Positions 37,676-49,536 are shown, numbered from the whole stretch's first letter. The stretch: 53,166 nucleotides of DNA, filler included, from an uncultured virus (IMG/VR IMGVR_UViG_2124908030_000004) (9 parts of one record of this genome joined end to end with filler, not necessarily neighbours in it), one strand, 5' to 3'. Made by a program: numbers and translations. The notes: generated by a model not told the origin, from the letters alone.

Positions 37676-38765
37676 TGAGTCGGCCAATGAACGGCTGCTC
37701 GTTCGTTCGAACAGTCGCCAGAACCGTGTCAATGACCATCCGCGAGAAGCCGAAGCGGATGTTCGACTCCTCACTGTTGCTGTCAGAGACAGTGTTTATG
37801 TCGTCTGCAATCCGAGCGCCAGCCGCCTCCTGCGCCAGCGGGACAACCCGCTCGTCAATCAGCGACCCACGCTCTGCAAGGTCCAGCTTCTCGCTGAGCC
37901 CCTTCTGCGTAGCAAGCCGCTGGTTGATCGGCGTAGTCGAAATACCGATGCTCGCACGGAGTCCCATGTAAGAGCCGAGCGTACTTTCACCATCCTCGTT
38001 TCGGCTGGGATAAATGGACTGAACGCGAGAGTCATCATAGCGGCTGGTGTGGCTCAGAGGCTCAAGGTACGGAGCAGCGCCGACGAAGGTACTTGCAAAG
38101 TTGTACTCGTCGGCCATGTTACCGACCGTAAGCTGGGAATAGTCACACGCCTCATCGTCTTCACTCAGCGGGACAACGAAGTCAACTACCTCCCCTGCAT
38201 CTTCCTCAATGGAGTCAATAGCAGAGCTGAAGTCATACACCGTGTAGACAACTTCATCGTTCGAATTCCCGACCGACGTTCCGGAATCAACCTGAAACTC
38301 TCGCGTGGCGGGGTTAACGTAGACTTCGCCAGACCCAACAGAAGCCTGAGCGGGGTCGTCAAGCGTAATCACCGTGTCCATCGTTGTGCCGCCAAAGGTG
38401 AACGTAATATCCGAAGCATCTTCGCTCACAACACCGCTCGTAAGCGTGCCGGCATTCGAACTGAGAGTAGAGATATCCTCAGTAATTGACATGGACGAAG
38501 GTGCTACAGCATAGACCGGGTATGCACCTTCATTGAGTGCGTCATTGATAGCCACCGCCAGCGGGCTACCAGCACCAAACATCCTCCGGGCGGTCGGGCC
38601 GCTCGTAATCTGGTACACGTCGCCCGCATTTGCGTTACCAGAAGAAAGGTCAGCCTGTCCGACCAATGCACCGTCAGAAGGAGCGCCCCCACTGACAGAA
38701 ACAGCATCCTCGCTTGTAACATTCGAAACAACACCGGGTTCAATCCTATTGCCGTATTCAGTCAT
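37676..38765 (-). CDS. contractile tail sheath protein (partial)
   Basis: PGV N-terminus, ARRMFGAGSPL, C-terminal FIGR. Confidence 0.85.
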
Positions 38766-38771
38766 GATAGA

Positions 38772-39278
38772 TCAATTATAGCTTATGTCCTTCTGAATCT
38801 CAGCGATAACATCAGTAACCGCTTCCTCAGATTCGAAGAACGTCTCAAGAACAATACTCTGGTTAATTTCCGTCTCGGTCGGCTCAAAATACTGGTATGA
38901 GACAGGACCAGAATCGCCAACCTTCACTTCGTGAACGTCCTGATGTAGACGCTCAGTTGGCCGCCGCTCAATGCTTGTCAACGCACTAAGTAGCGCCGAG
39001 TGATACTCATACGCCTCTACTTCATCCGCAGCCCGAACTTGCAGGTCTACGCGAAGGGCGTAGTAATAGCGGAATATCTGCTTGTCTTGCACATTGTCAA
39101 CGTCATAAACCGAACCAGAGTAGTTCGAATTATGGTGGTTGTGTTTTACGACAGAAACATTACTCAGCAGTACCGCAGGAACAGGGCGTGATTCTTCAAT
39201 TCCTGACGTGTGAACAGGGGGCGGTATCCGCCCATTGAGGTCACTAATCAGGGTTGAAACTGCTTCTTTAGGGAACAT
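38772..39278 (-). CDS. tail terminator/completion protein
   Basis: Position immediately upstream of the sheath gene. Confidence 0.6.
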   Translation of the reverse strand: MFPKEAVSTLISDLNGRIPPPVHTSGIEESRPVPAVLLSNVSVVKHNHHNSNYSGSVYDVDNVQDKQIFRYYYALRVDLQVRAADEVEAYEYHSALLSALTSIERRPTERLHQDVHEVKVGDSGPVSYQYFEPTETEINQSIVLETFFESEEAVTDVIAEIQKDISYN

Positions 39279-39478
39279 TAGTAAGACTCGTCTAACTCTC
39301 TCTCTATCTTATTTTTCGTATGCATTGGGCCTTCACGGGCAATCTTTGTCTCGGCTTTCCCTGTGAAATCAATGCCATCCAGCCCATTCCGCTCAATGTG
39401 GCCTTGCAACCAGAATGCTTTCCGAACATCCTCCTCTCCCCATGCTTGCACCAGCGCGTCGATCTCTGGGTCACTCAT
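39278..39478 (-). CDS. C-terminal half of HK97 gp10-like neck protein
   Basis: AFWLQGHIERNGLDGIDF resembles a gp10-like C-terminus (A..I..xI...G..G..F). Confidence 0.5.
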   Translation of the reverse strand: MSDPEIDALVQAWGEEDVRKAFWLQGHIERNGLDGIDFTGKAETKIAREGPMHTKNKIERELDESY

Positions 39479-39731
39479 TCACTATTTCCCAACCATGCAG
39501 CCGTCTATCTTTGAGCCTGCTACCAAGCATTTGCAGGTACTCTTTCCCTGTTAACGCTACCTCAGAATGAGCATTTTCGCCGTTTGGACCGTCAACTGCA
39601 ACATATTCTGTAATTTCCGGCTTTGTGCGAAGATAGTTAGCAACTGCATCTAACCGTCCATCGTATTCGTACTCGTAAGGGTCCAGCTTGACGTAACCTA
39701 CCTCTCGTAGTTCGTAGAGTATCAGTTTCAT
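39471..39731 (-). CDS. hypothetical protein
   Basis: 86-aa ORF overlapping both neighbours. Confidence 0.55.
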   Translation of the reverse strand: MKLILYELREVGYVKLDPYEYEYDGRLDAVANYLRTKPEITEYVAVDGPNGENAHSEVALTGKEYLQMLGSRLKDRRLHGWEIVNE

Positions 39732-42700
39732 ACGTCGTACCCAAGTTCTTCAAGAATATCAGCTACTTGGTCGTCCGGTTCGCCCACCTCAAGCCAACCT
39801 TCAATCAGATATGGGAACTTGTTGTCAATCATTACAATCCTGCTGCGGCTGACATTATTTGCATTGTTGGCATCGTCGGGCCGCCCTCGCATTATCTCAG
39901 AGAGCGTTGTCCACAATTCGTTGGGAGCGCGAATCATGTACGGAGCTGTCGGATAGTCTATTTCATGATTAGAAACAGACCCAGTTCTCTGAGCGCGACG
40001 AGTTGCTTCAAGAATCACTTCCATCCACCCGACGTTTATTGCCTCCATTGCACGCTCCTCCGGTGTGTCGGATTCTAAGCTAATCTCAGGCTTTCCGCCA
40101 CCAGCGTTGATCTCATTGACGGCGTAAGAATTAATTTCGGGACGAGTATCACTGAAGTCGTATATTTCTCCCCGATTATCTAATAGAACTTCAAACTCGT
40201 CATTCGTATCTAAGTCTCGGAAAGATACTTTGACATTGTAATCATCGCCGTCAGTGAAGTCTTGGCTTACTTGCCTACGGACATATTTTGCTGTCATAGA
40301 ACCAAGTTCGGGATGGTTCATTTTGACAATATCTCCTTCACCAACTTCCGCACTCGCACNNNNNNNNNNNNNNNNNNNNATGTTCGTCAGCGTCGTCTGC
40401 AAAGTCCATATAGTATGTTCCGTTTCCAGCCTCACCATGCCACCCGTTAGCTGTTTCATCGGGGTCGTCCGGTACTTTTCCAATCGCACTCACTTTTCGG
40501 AACGTCTCCTTCAGCTTTTCTTTGTCTTTAGTAGAGTCAGCAACACGCTCTTTCAGAATATTCCGAATCTGTGTTGCTCTGTTAGAGTTAATTGCTACTC
40601 CGCCACCAGAAGTGAGATCGGTTGCGTCGTTAATCTCATCAATTTGGTCTTTGACTCGATTTACTTTGGCGGATTCTGGAAGTGTGCTGAATTCCCGAGC
40701 GCCAACAATTAAGTAATCATCTTCAATTCCTTGCGCTATGGGGTCGTGAATATCGTTCTTATCTATGTAAGCAGTCGTTTCAGTCCCACCGTAGCTTGGA
40801 CTTTTGATTGTGGCGTCAACGAAAATCTCTTTCTTGAAGTTGAATAGTTCAACCTCCTGCCCAGCGTACAAGTCAGTGGCCGGGGCTGTGAACAATCCGG
40901 GTTCGTAGGTTTGCCACCCTTCGGGGTACGTCCGAGAGTATCCGTCAAACTCGAGAGTTGTGGTGTTTTCAGTGATATCAGCAGCCCACGTTCGCCACTC
41001 TCGCTCGTCTTCAGCAAGCCCTCGGTCAATATATTCTTGTACGAACCCATTGACGCGCTCTTTGGCTTCGTCAGAATCTACTTTAACATCGTCTTTCCCC
41101 ATCCGACGAACGCCCGTTGAAAGAACGTCCATCGTTTCATCACTAAGTGCTGAAAAGTTGCCTTGTTCGAAGTTAGCAAGCGCAACTTCATTGAGGGATT
41201 TTGTAGAGTCCCGAGAGTTGAACTCGAGATCGCTCCTGTCTATCCGGTACTCGTCAGACTCGTCAGCACCTCTCACTAAGACCTGTCCGTATCTGTAGCG
41301 ATAGGTGTCAACAATACCGTCAGAAGCGAGGAGTATTTCATCCTCAATATCCTTGTCGGGACTGTGCCAGAACGACCGGAGTGTATTGTTTTCCGGTATT
41401 CTTTCTGTCCTGTAATTGATTACCGCATCCCCCTCAATGCTCCATGATTCAGCAGTTGGGTCTTCCCAGACACTCTTGACAAGTCCCGCCTCACGGTCAT
41501 TTTTCGGAGCGTAATGAAGCTGGACAGTGCCGTCGCCATTGCCATAGTGCTGCTCGAGGTATCTATCGGTGATTTCTTTCAGCGATTTCAGAACCGGCTC
41601 GACTCCCGGTTGACTTGGGGTACCAGAACGCCCCTCACCAATCGGGGTGCCGTCAAGGTCGAACGTTATCTTAAGGTCACGAGAAAACTGAGCAGCCTCA
41701 GAGTTTCCACCGACATTTCCTCCTTTCCATGCATCTATGAGAGTGAATACGGTACCAGCGTCGTCACCGTACTTCTCGCGGAAATTGTTCTGTAGCTCGC
41801 GTGTATCTTTGAGGTGAGGCTCAGTAGATGTAATCCGTGTGAGGTCAACTTCATTGAGGAGAGTAGAGAGGCCGAGGTTCTTTTTGCTACTTTCTTCAAC
41901 AGCGATTACTTCTTGATCGGTGCTGGCTGTATATTCCCTCAGTTCGCGTGGTTGGAATCTGGTTTGATAACCGTCACTCGTCCGCCTGAGATACACCTCA
42001 TCTTGGTCTACCAGTGTAACCTCATATTCCCCGACAATGCCATCTTTGGAGCGGAAGTAGAAGGTGTCGTCAACTCGGTCTGACCAATCATCAAGTCCGA
42101 AGTAATTGTCTTCCGGAAAATCAGTCGTGTATTTGTCCGGAAGGTCGTCTTCTACAAAGTAGTCAAAGTCGTCGTCTTGGTCAAAACCTTGACGTAATCC
42201 AAGAACGGTTTCATCATCTTCAGGGATGTAGTATTCAACTTCCCCGGTCCACGGTATCGGGTCTTCAGCTTCGTATTCTCCGTTTGGCTTTCGAGCGAAA
42301 TAGAACCATGAATTAGGACCAACATCAGGCCGAATGTGTCCATTCGTACCATTCCATCCGGTGTAGAAACTGTGGTCTTCAATCCCTTGTTTATATCCAC
42401 CGACAAATTTTCCCCGGATAATAGCGCCTTTAGGAATCTGTTTTATTTTGTTTATATCAGACCCCACAAAGCCGGGTTCACCAACTGGAAGCGGGTCGGG
42501 TGGGCTGGGGTCGTTCCCACCACCATCCTCGTCGTAATCAAGCGACCAACCACCCATTTTCCGCTTGACCCACGGGAGTAGAGCTTGAACCGGCGGGCCA
42601 CCATCTGCATACGCAGCGGCGGCAACGCCTTCGTCAACAGCACCAGCATGATCAGAGCTGTTGTAGACCTTACGGCCTTTTTCGAATCTACTATCGCGGG

Positions 42701-42899
42701 TAGTAGCCGTCCGGAAACTTTCGTAAACGTCTCGATTGAAGATTCGGTCGTTGACTTGAACCACGTCTCGGGACTTATCAACGGCCATATCAGCAAGGTC
42801 GTCAGCCGCTTCGTCCATCGCACGGCTAAAGTCTCGAGAGAATTCCCGCTTGAATCTCTCTGTCCCGTCAACCTCAATATTCAATCGTAATTTAGACAT
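39728..42899 (-). CDS. large protein: gp10-like neck N-terminus fused to a long cargo (gap at 40360-40379)
   Basis: N-terminal ...HAGAVDEG...PPVQALLPWVKRK then >700 aa of extra sequence; continuity across the gap is assumed. Confidence 0.6.
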
Positions 42900-42902
42900 T
42901 TA

Positions 42903-43238
42903 CTAACCAGTGACAAGTTCTCCAAAAATCGAAACGTGCGTATCGTAGACTGTCGGAGATTGCAATTCGTAGGTCGTTCCGTCGTACTCTATCCGGGCGT
43001 TTGTCGGCGGCTGTTCTTCAGCAGGGAAAATAAACAGCGGATTGTCAGACTTGAACGGACCCCCACCACTCTCCTGCTGGGTATTCCTATTGGGGTACGT
43101 TCGAACGCACGTTGCAGTGCCAGAAACAGCCCACGAGGTTCCGGGGTTATTGAATTCATTCGTGCCACTACCTTCCGGTTGTAGCACATTGACCTCCTTA
43201 CCCAGTCGGCTGATAGTAGAGTGAATTCGCCGGCCCAT
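42903..43238 (-). CDS. head closure/head-tail joining protein
   Basis: Size, position and RIEYDGTTYEL pattern. Confidence 0.65.
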   Translation of the reverse strand: MGRRIHSTISRLGKEVNVLQPEGSGTNEFNNPGTSWAVSGTATCVRTYPNRNTQQESGGGPFKSDNPLFIFPAEEQPPTNARIEYDGTTYELQSPTVYDTHVSIFGELVTG

Positions 43239-43678
43239 TAGAGGTCGGTGTCAATCCCGCTCGCGGTGCTTTCGAATTCATCGTTGCTGTACGTTCGCCG
43301 CTCTGAAGATGAAATTCCGTATGAGTTCTGTGGTTTGACCCGACCAAGCGCCTGCCTCATGTTCCGGTACCAGATAGTGACCGAATTATCATCTTTAGCA
43401 AGCAGTGAGTCGTGGTCAATCGCGCCGACTTGGACTGTCTGAGAATCAAGTTCACCCGCAGCAACCTTCAAAAACAGTTTGGTTGTCCAATTGAGGGCTT
43501 CTTCCTGAGCCTGATCTCCATACCAGTCAATTTCTTCGTCTACAAGCGACCGTCGAATCTGAATATGACGCTTTGCATCATTAAGAACAGTTTGAAAATC
43601 AGAACTATCAACAACATCATCGTCAATGCCGGTAAAACTCCGGATTTCGGCTTCAAATTCTGTGTCGCTATGTGCCAT
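43238..43678 (-). CDS. head-tail adaptor protein
   Basis: MAHSDTEFEAEIRSFTG...; follows the major capsid gene. Confidence 0.65.
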   Translation of the reverse strand: MAHSDTEFEAEIRSFTGIDDDVVDSSDFQTVLNDAKRHIQIRRSLVDEEIDWYGDQAQEEALNWTTKLFLKVAAGELDSQTVQVGAIDHDSLLAKDDNSVTIWYRNMRQALGRVKPQNSYGISSSERRTYSNDEFESTASGIDTDL

Positions 43679-43684
43679 TGTACT

Positions 43685-43711
43685 AAAAAAGAAAAGTCGG
43701 AAAGCCGACTT
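43685..43711 (-). terminator. terminator after the major capsid gene
   Basis: Minus strand AAGTCGG-CTTT-CCGACTT followed by TTCTTTTTT. Confidence 0.75.
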
Positions 43712-44695
43712 AGAGGAAGTTAACCGAGTGCCAGCGAAGTGAACCGCGCCGAGGGGGTTAACCATCGCCGCACCGAGGTCCATCGTGCCGGTGCCCTGAA
43801 TGAACTGGCCGGGGTCAAGGGCCGGGCCGCCGGTCGGAGCCGTGACCTGCATCGGACGCTCGATGTACTCCTTGACAGGCTTGTCGTCCACGTTGATCAC
43901 GTAGAACTCGTCGCCCGTCAGGTACGGCGTCGTCAGAACGCTAACCCCACGCGGGTTAACGGTCATGTCACGGATATCCTCACTCCGAAGGCCCGTCGCC
44001 ATCGGAATGTGGAAGTCGTGACCCTCAAGCTCGTTACGGAGCCGGCGCTTGAAGTCCAGCGAACCCAGCAGGGCCTTCTGACCGTTCCAGCCGTGGTGGT
44101 ACAGCTCGTCCGCCGCCTCCTCAATGTGGTCCAGCACCGAGTGGGCGCTGGTGTCACCGAACAGCTCCGAGGTGTCCGCGAAGTCGTGGCTGTGGTCCCG
44201 GTTGAACGTGTACGCACCGTGGTCGGGAACGTCGTACCACAGGTCTTCGGTACCATCCGAGATACCCGAGAAGATAACGTCGTGGATTAGCTGCTCCTCA
44301 GTCTCCTTGCCCGCGCGGATAACCGACTGAATACGGTCCATAACGCGGTCGGAGGTGCTTTTCTCGATGAACTTCTGAGTCAGACCCAGAGCCTTGCCGT
44401 ACTCCTCAGTACGAATGGTCATCTGGTAGTAGTCCTCCTCCTCGTGGGTCATCGTGCCGGGGAATTCACCCTCGGAAAGCTGTTCCCACGTCTCTGCGTC
44501 CGCTTCGATATCCTGAAGGAACGTCTGCTGTCCGACCTGTTCTGCAAACAGGTTAACGAACGGCTTGTCAGCATCGTTGAAGTAGTCAACGAGGTTCTGA
44601 GTCTGCTCCGCAATGTCGGTCAGCGGAACGTCGTCCTTCGTGTGAATCTCGCGCGTGTTCGGTCGGGTCGGGTTAAGATTGTCAGGGTGTGCCAT
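43710..44695 (-). CDS. major capsid protein (HK97 fold; probable 1-nt indel near 3' end)
   Basis: About 330 aa, strong codon bias, EGE...EYGKALGLT pattern, position in the head module. Confidence 0.85.
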
Positions 44696-44706
44696 TTAGA
44701 AAAACC

Positions 44707-45210
44707 TCAGAAGGTGCTGTAGTCGAAGTCCACGTCCAGCATAAACGTGGTCTGGTTCACGGCAACGCCGAGAACCTGCTGTAGATCGCCAGCGTTCCCA
44801 CGCGGGGACTGGGTGACGCCGCCACCAACACCGAGGTAGACGGGTTCGCCAGCGGTGAAGGAAACATCATCGTCAACATCCTCACAGTAGATACCGTAAG
44901 AGACGTAGGTTACCTCGTCACCGGGCTGCGTGCGGTTCTTGTCATACGCTTCGTCAAGGGCACGACCCATCGTGCCGTTGTTGTGAAGCTGAGCCGTCCA
45001 GTAGGAGCGGTCACGAACGTTCTCGAGGAGAACGCCAATGGCCGACTGCGGGGCCGCGTTGTCACCGTCAGCGCCAACGACAATCGTGTTGTCGTCAACG
45101 TCGGTCGTCAGACCAATCAGGTCGCCCTCGGTACCAGTGAACGTTTCCTCGCTCGTCTCGCCGTCACGGTTAAGGGGGGTATCCTTAACCTTTGCAAATT
45201 TGAAATTCAT
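44707..45210 (-). CDS. capsid decoration/cement protein
   Basis: FTAGEPVYLG.GG.VT...Q.LGVA motif, upstream of MCP. Confidence 0.65.
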   Translation of the reverse strand: MNFKFAKVKDTPLNRDGETSEETFTGTEGDLIGLTTDVDDNTIVVGADGDNAAPQSAIGVLLENVRDRSYWTAQLHNNGTMGRALDEAYDKNRTQPGDEVTYVSYGIYCEDVDDDVSFTAGEPVYLGVGGGVTQSPRGNAGDLQQVLGVAVNQTTFMLDVDFDYSTF

Positions 45211-45222
45211 TGTAGATTACTC

Positions 45223-45657
45223 TCAGATGTTGAGGCCGTCAATGCCCTCAATCGTATCGGCAGCGAACGAGGAATCCTCGTCGCCGTCCGTGTTTCCGCG
45301 ACTGCCCATGTCACCGAAGTCGCCTTCACCGCCCTCGTCGCCCTCCACAACATCGCCAGTGGCGGGGTCCGAGAACTCGGTGATAAGCTCCCGAATACGG
45401 CTCATGTCATACGACATGGCCTCCTCCTCGGAGAGCGGGGACACCTCACCAAGCTGCTCAGCAAGGTCGGCCTTGAACTCCTTGGCCTCGCCAACGCGAC
45501 CCTCAAGATTATTCAGGGTGTCCTTGGCTTCCTGAAACTCGGAAATATTAGCGTCCTGTGCCTTCTCAAACTCACGGACAATGCCGCGAAGTTCGTCAGC
45601 GTCTTCGATCTCAGCAAGGTCAGCGTCGAAACTGACCTTCGTGAAGTCAAAATCCAT
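45223..45657 (-). CDS. putative scaffold protein
   Basis: Acidic coiled-coil between the protease and capsid genes. Confidence 0.55.
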   Translation of the reverse strand: MDFDFTKVSFDADLAEIEDADELRGIVREFEKAQDANISEFQEAKDTLNNLEGRVGEAKEFKADLAEQLGEVSPLSEEEAMSYDMSRIRELITEFSDPATGDVVEGDEGGEGDFGDMGSRGNTDGDEDSSFAADTIEGIDGLNI

Positions 45658-45665
45658 TGTAGTAG

Positions 45666-47002
45666 TTAAAGTTCTTCAGCAAACACAGCGACCTCAGAAT
45701 TCTCGATACCATCCCCACTCGGGGTTTCCTCTTGTGGTATGTCATCAACCGCATACGTTTCGCGCTTCGCCTTCGGATACCCGTTGTGGGGCCGTCCGTC
45801 CGGCATTCCGTCGAACGGGTTGTATCCACGATTCATCATCTGGATTGCCCACTTTGACGGGCAACTACCCATTGAGCCGGCTTCCGGACGCTCTGGAGCG
45901 CGGTCCATATTCCCCTCAATGAAATCAATCGCTTCGATTGCATACAGCACAAATTCGGCGTCCCATGCCTGCTTCGGGGAGCCAGCCAACATCTGTGCCT
46001 TGACCCGCGACTCGTCCTGATTACTGTTGCCAGCATCAGCGCACGGGTGTCGGTCCCACATACGAAGTTCCTCCTCGGTCATGTTCGTCGCGTTCTGATA
46101 CGCGGCGTAGACCTCGTTGAGCTTCATATTATCACGCTCACTATCCATCTCGCCCTCCTCGCCATGCATACTGTAGACGGTAGTAGTTACGTTCACACTA
46201 TTCTCCCCGTCCGGTTCGGGCGTGCCACTCGGCATCCCATCGAACGGATTGTACGCCCAATTGAGCAGACTAACAGCCCACTCAGACGGACAGGTACCCT
46301 TGCCACCCTCGGCGGGAGAGTCGGGCTTCTGACCTCGCATACGCGAGATGAAACTGATTGTCCGTTTCGCATCGTCAATGTCGTCGCTTGTCCAATCAGA
46401 CTTATTCTTCTCGAGCAGCCCCATATTCCGTTTCCGAACCTTTGAGGGGTTTTGCGAGGCGGTATCAGCGCAGTCGTGATCTGCCCAACTCTCAAGCTGA
46501 GAGGCGGACATATTCACGGCGTCCGACCAGTCGGAATACACCTCGTCAAGCTCGTCTGAATCAGACTCAAACGTTAGGGCAAGGTACGCATCCGACTCGG
46601 AGCTGTCCTGCGGACCCTGCCAAGTGCTTACAGACGCCTGCTTTGCAGCAATCATCTGTCCGGTGAAGTCACCGTCCTTGTATTCCTCCATCTTATACAC
46701 GGGCTTGTCGTCGTCTTCGCTCCCGACCGTGTTGCCGTCAACAGTGTACGACCCACGCGAGCGTGCGCGAACCTTACCCTTCACAGAGCCACCAGAGTAG
46801 CTACGGGAAACCCAATCACCCACCTCATGCTGGTAACTGTGTTCGGCGTAACTCGTCGCCTCAACAGCCGACTCAGCAAACGCAGCCCGAAGTCCACCGT
46901 CGTCGTACCCACCGGGGAACGGTGTGGTTGAAAACTCCTGCAACTTCGCGTCAATGAGTTCCGGCTCTCCGTCGTCATTCTCAATCGCTTCATACGAATC
47001 CC
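45666..47002 (-). CDS. probable prohead protease (partial) with TUDOR-like and two DUF3140-like C-terminal domains
   Basis: LQEFSTTPFPG protease-like end; VGDWVS...KGKV; twice NM...L..W...W....NP. Confidence 0.6.
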
Positions 47003-47102
47003 NNNNNNNNNNNNNNNNNNNNNNNNNNNNNNNNNNNNNNNNNNNNTTAATTAATTAANNNNNNNNNNNNNNNNNNNNNNNNNNNNNNNNNNNNNNNNNN
47101 NN

Positions 47103-47794
47103 CGGGCGTAGTCGAATTCCATATCCCGAAGCATATTCGCCTGCTCTCGGATTGGCTCTACAAATGAGCGCCCGAAGTCGTCAACCGGGTCTTTGGTAAA
47201 GTACAACTCAGCAACCTCATGCGGGTCGTACTGAGTCGCTTCTTGATCGTCGGGGCCACCACCGCCCGGTGGCTCAAGGGCGTATTTCTCAACGAATCCA
47301 TATCGGTCAGTCTTGATATGCATTCGCTCAGTCGGGAGTAGCCGTGGTCGAAACTGTTCATCCTCCACGACAAGTTCCATGAAAGCGTGACCGTCCTGTA
47401 CGGCGTATTCAACCCAGTTGTTGAACACCCGCCCGAAGTTAGACGTAGCGAACAGTTTCCGGAGTTGGGGAATGTTCTGTTGCTCCTCAAGTTCCGCTTC
47501 ATTGAGGGTGGCGGACGCTCCAGTTTCTCCTCCGCCCTCGTTGACACCAGCAATGTGTCGGGGAGAAATGTTGTGGCCGTCACCACAGATGTAGTCAATG
47601 ATAGTGAATATCGCTTCGTGAACGTGGGGGTCAGTCCGCGCTACGTCACGATTCGCAAGAATCTCGTCAGATGGTGCCTCAGTAGACCGTTCACCATCAA
47701 AGCGATTTCCGGCCTGTTCCTCTTTGATTAGCCCCTTGGGGGAATCGGCGGAGAATTCACCGCCATCGTTGTTATCTATGAATTGGTCAGCCAT
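47103..47794 (-). CDS. portal protein (partial)
   Basis: GHAFMELV...PRLLP...EVAEL...FGRS; follows terminase. Confidence 0.85.
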
Positions 47795-47796
47795 TA

Positions 47797-49197
47797 CTAA
47801 ATATTACTTCGCCGCCGGTCTGTCTTCTGCCGTGAATATCGAGAACCGTTTCCACGGTCCCGCGAGTGCTTCAATGTGTAGTCGTTCGATGAAGAACTTC
47901 CAGAGATTTTCAGGCCCGCCCACCCGTCGTCGTCTTTCAACTTGTCTGTTGAAGTATAACCCGTCGCGTCGGCGTTCTCTTTATTCTGCAACTCCTTCGT
48001 TTTCTGCCCGCTGAAATTAGGCGGGAACGCCGCCATGATGGTTGCAATAGCCAAGTCGTCTTTCCCATCCGGGGCCTGTTTCTTGCCGGAGAACCGTGGC
48101 TTGGTATCCTCATACGTCTGCTCTTTGACTATCGCTCCGAGCTGATCTCGCAGAAGTTCGTCGTGGGGAAGCGAGATTAGGTCATTATGAAGGGCGTAGT
48201 TCATGTCGCCCATCATTTCCTCTACTGAGTCCTTGTCAGAGAAGTTGAACCCAGTGTAACCTCGCCCCACCTTTCGTCGTATGTCGTCCTGAAAACCCTG
48301 CCCTACGCCCGTCATATCCATCACAACAGAGTCCACGCCCATCGCACCGTGAATCTGTGAGATTCGCTCAGCGACCGCTGCTGGGTTCTGACGGGAAGCG
48401 GGAGTAATGCCCGACCGGGCGAGAACTTCGTCAGTCAGAATCTCATGGTACCGACACTTTCGCGTCGGGCCGTCGTGTTCAAACACACTGATTGCGGTGT
48501 CGTCGGAACTGAATCCAATGTCAACACCCATCGCCAGTGGATTGCTCGTGTGGTATTGCTTGAGTCCGTAGTCGTACCCATCAGTGGTTGACCGCCCCAT
48601 CGCCTCCTCAATGCAGTCCATCGAGAAGAAGCGATACTCGTCAGATACCGGCTGGCACAGGTACTCTTGTGCAAATCCCTGCGGGTCTTGTGCCCGCTCT
48701 GTCTCTACCGTAGAGATGTTCATGTCCGGTCNNNNNNNNNNNNNNNNNNNNTAGGCTTTTAGCCGTGAGCCGTTGCTGAAAACAAGTTCGTCCTTATTCT
48801 CGGTCGGAAGGTCAAACTCAACCTTCGCGTCCTGAATAAGTTTCTTAGCGTCAGCAATTCTCGCTTTCGACTGACTCTTAGTTTTTGAGACAATCGGGTA
48901 GAAGGTATCCTCCTTGAACAGCGCCTCAAGAAGAATACAGACAACGAAGGTAAACGACACACCAATTCGCCGCCCCTTGTAGACGTTAATAATCTCCTCG
49001 TCGCCGTAAAAATACGCATGGACGAGGCGGGGTTGGTACGGACGGAAGAACGTCAAATCTTCCATCTCACCCGTCTCCATATTCCGAGCCTGAAAAATAT
49101 CCTCAGCGACGAGATCAGGACGGCCCTCCCATCGTTCCAGAAGGGCGTCGGTAGACTCGTCAGTATCCTCGGATACCTTTTCGGCTAAATCGTGCAT
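47797..49197 (-). CDS. terL: terminase large subunit (internal gap)
   Basis: PYQ, KGRRIGVS Walker A, FAQEYLC, GVDIG...D, DDLAIA nuclease motifs. Confidence 0.92.
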   Translation of the reverse strand: MHDLAEKVSEDTDESTDALLERWEGRPDLVAEDIFQARNMETGEMEDLTFFRPYQPRLVHAYFYGDEEIINVYKGRRIGVSFTFVVCILLEALFKEDTFYPIVSKTKSQSKARIADAKKLIQDAKVEFDLPTENKDELVFSNGSRLKAXXXXXXXXPDMNISTVETERAQDPQGFAQEYLCQPVSDEYRFFSMDCIEEAMGRSTTDGYDYGLKQYHTSNPLAMGVDIGFSSDDTAISVFEHDGPTRKCRYHEILTDEVLARSGITPASRQNPAAVAERISQIHGAMGVDSVVMDMTGVGQGFQDDIRRKVGRGYTGFNFSDKDSVEEMMGDMNYALHNDLISLPHDELLRDQLGAIVKEQTYEDTKPRFSGKKQAPDGKDDLAIATIMAAFPPNFSGQKTKELQNKENADATGYTSTDKLKDDDGWAGLKISGSSSSNDYTLKHSRDRGNGSRYSRQKTDRRRSNI

Positions 49198-49212
49198 TGA
49201 AAGAAGAAACCG

Positions 49213-49536
49213 CTATGAAAGGTCGTGTTTGAATTCGATAGTCAGATAACCGTCGTTCGGGAACGTGTGAAGCGTGCTATCCGCATACTCTACTTCCCAT
49301 TCCGCGAGAAAGTAACCGGACTCGTCAACTTCATCGGCGCTAAATTCATATCGGACTTTACCATTTTCCGCGTCAACAATGGTCGCCATTCCACCTGCTT
49401 TGAGTTCACTATCAGCATCCTGCTTCATGTAGAACGAAACGGAGGACGCTTGCGTGAGGTCAGCGGGAGAATCGTTCTCTTTGAGAACGCCCGTCATTGG
49501 AGTCGTGTCGTTTCGCTTTCGTTCAATTTCAGTCAT
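49213..49536 (-). CDS. BppU-like Ig-fold structural protein
   Basis: KRNDT...DLT...IVDAENGKVRYEF...GYFLAEWEV...TFP. Confidence 0.7.
   Translation of the reverse strand: MTEIERKRNDTTPMTGVLKENDSPADLTQASSVSFYMKQDADSELKAGGMATIVDAENGKVRYEFSADEVDESGYFLAEWEVEYADSTLHTFPNDGYLTIEFKHDLS

Noticed and set aside
33710..37700. Unusual tail gene order (tube joined to baseplate wedge; sheath separated from tube)
   Set aside because: The breaks coincide with N gaps and linkers; likely scaffolding misorder
43238..44695. 485-aa fusion of major capsid protein and head-tail adaptor
   Set aside because: The read-through crosses a terminator hairpin and T-tract; adding one base near 43727 restores an ending ...VNFL* at 43710. 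Probably a sequencing indel
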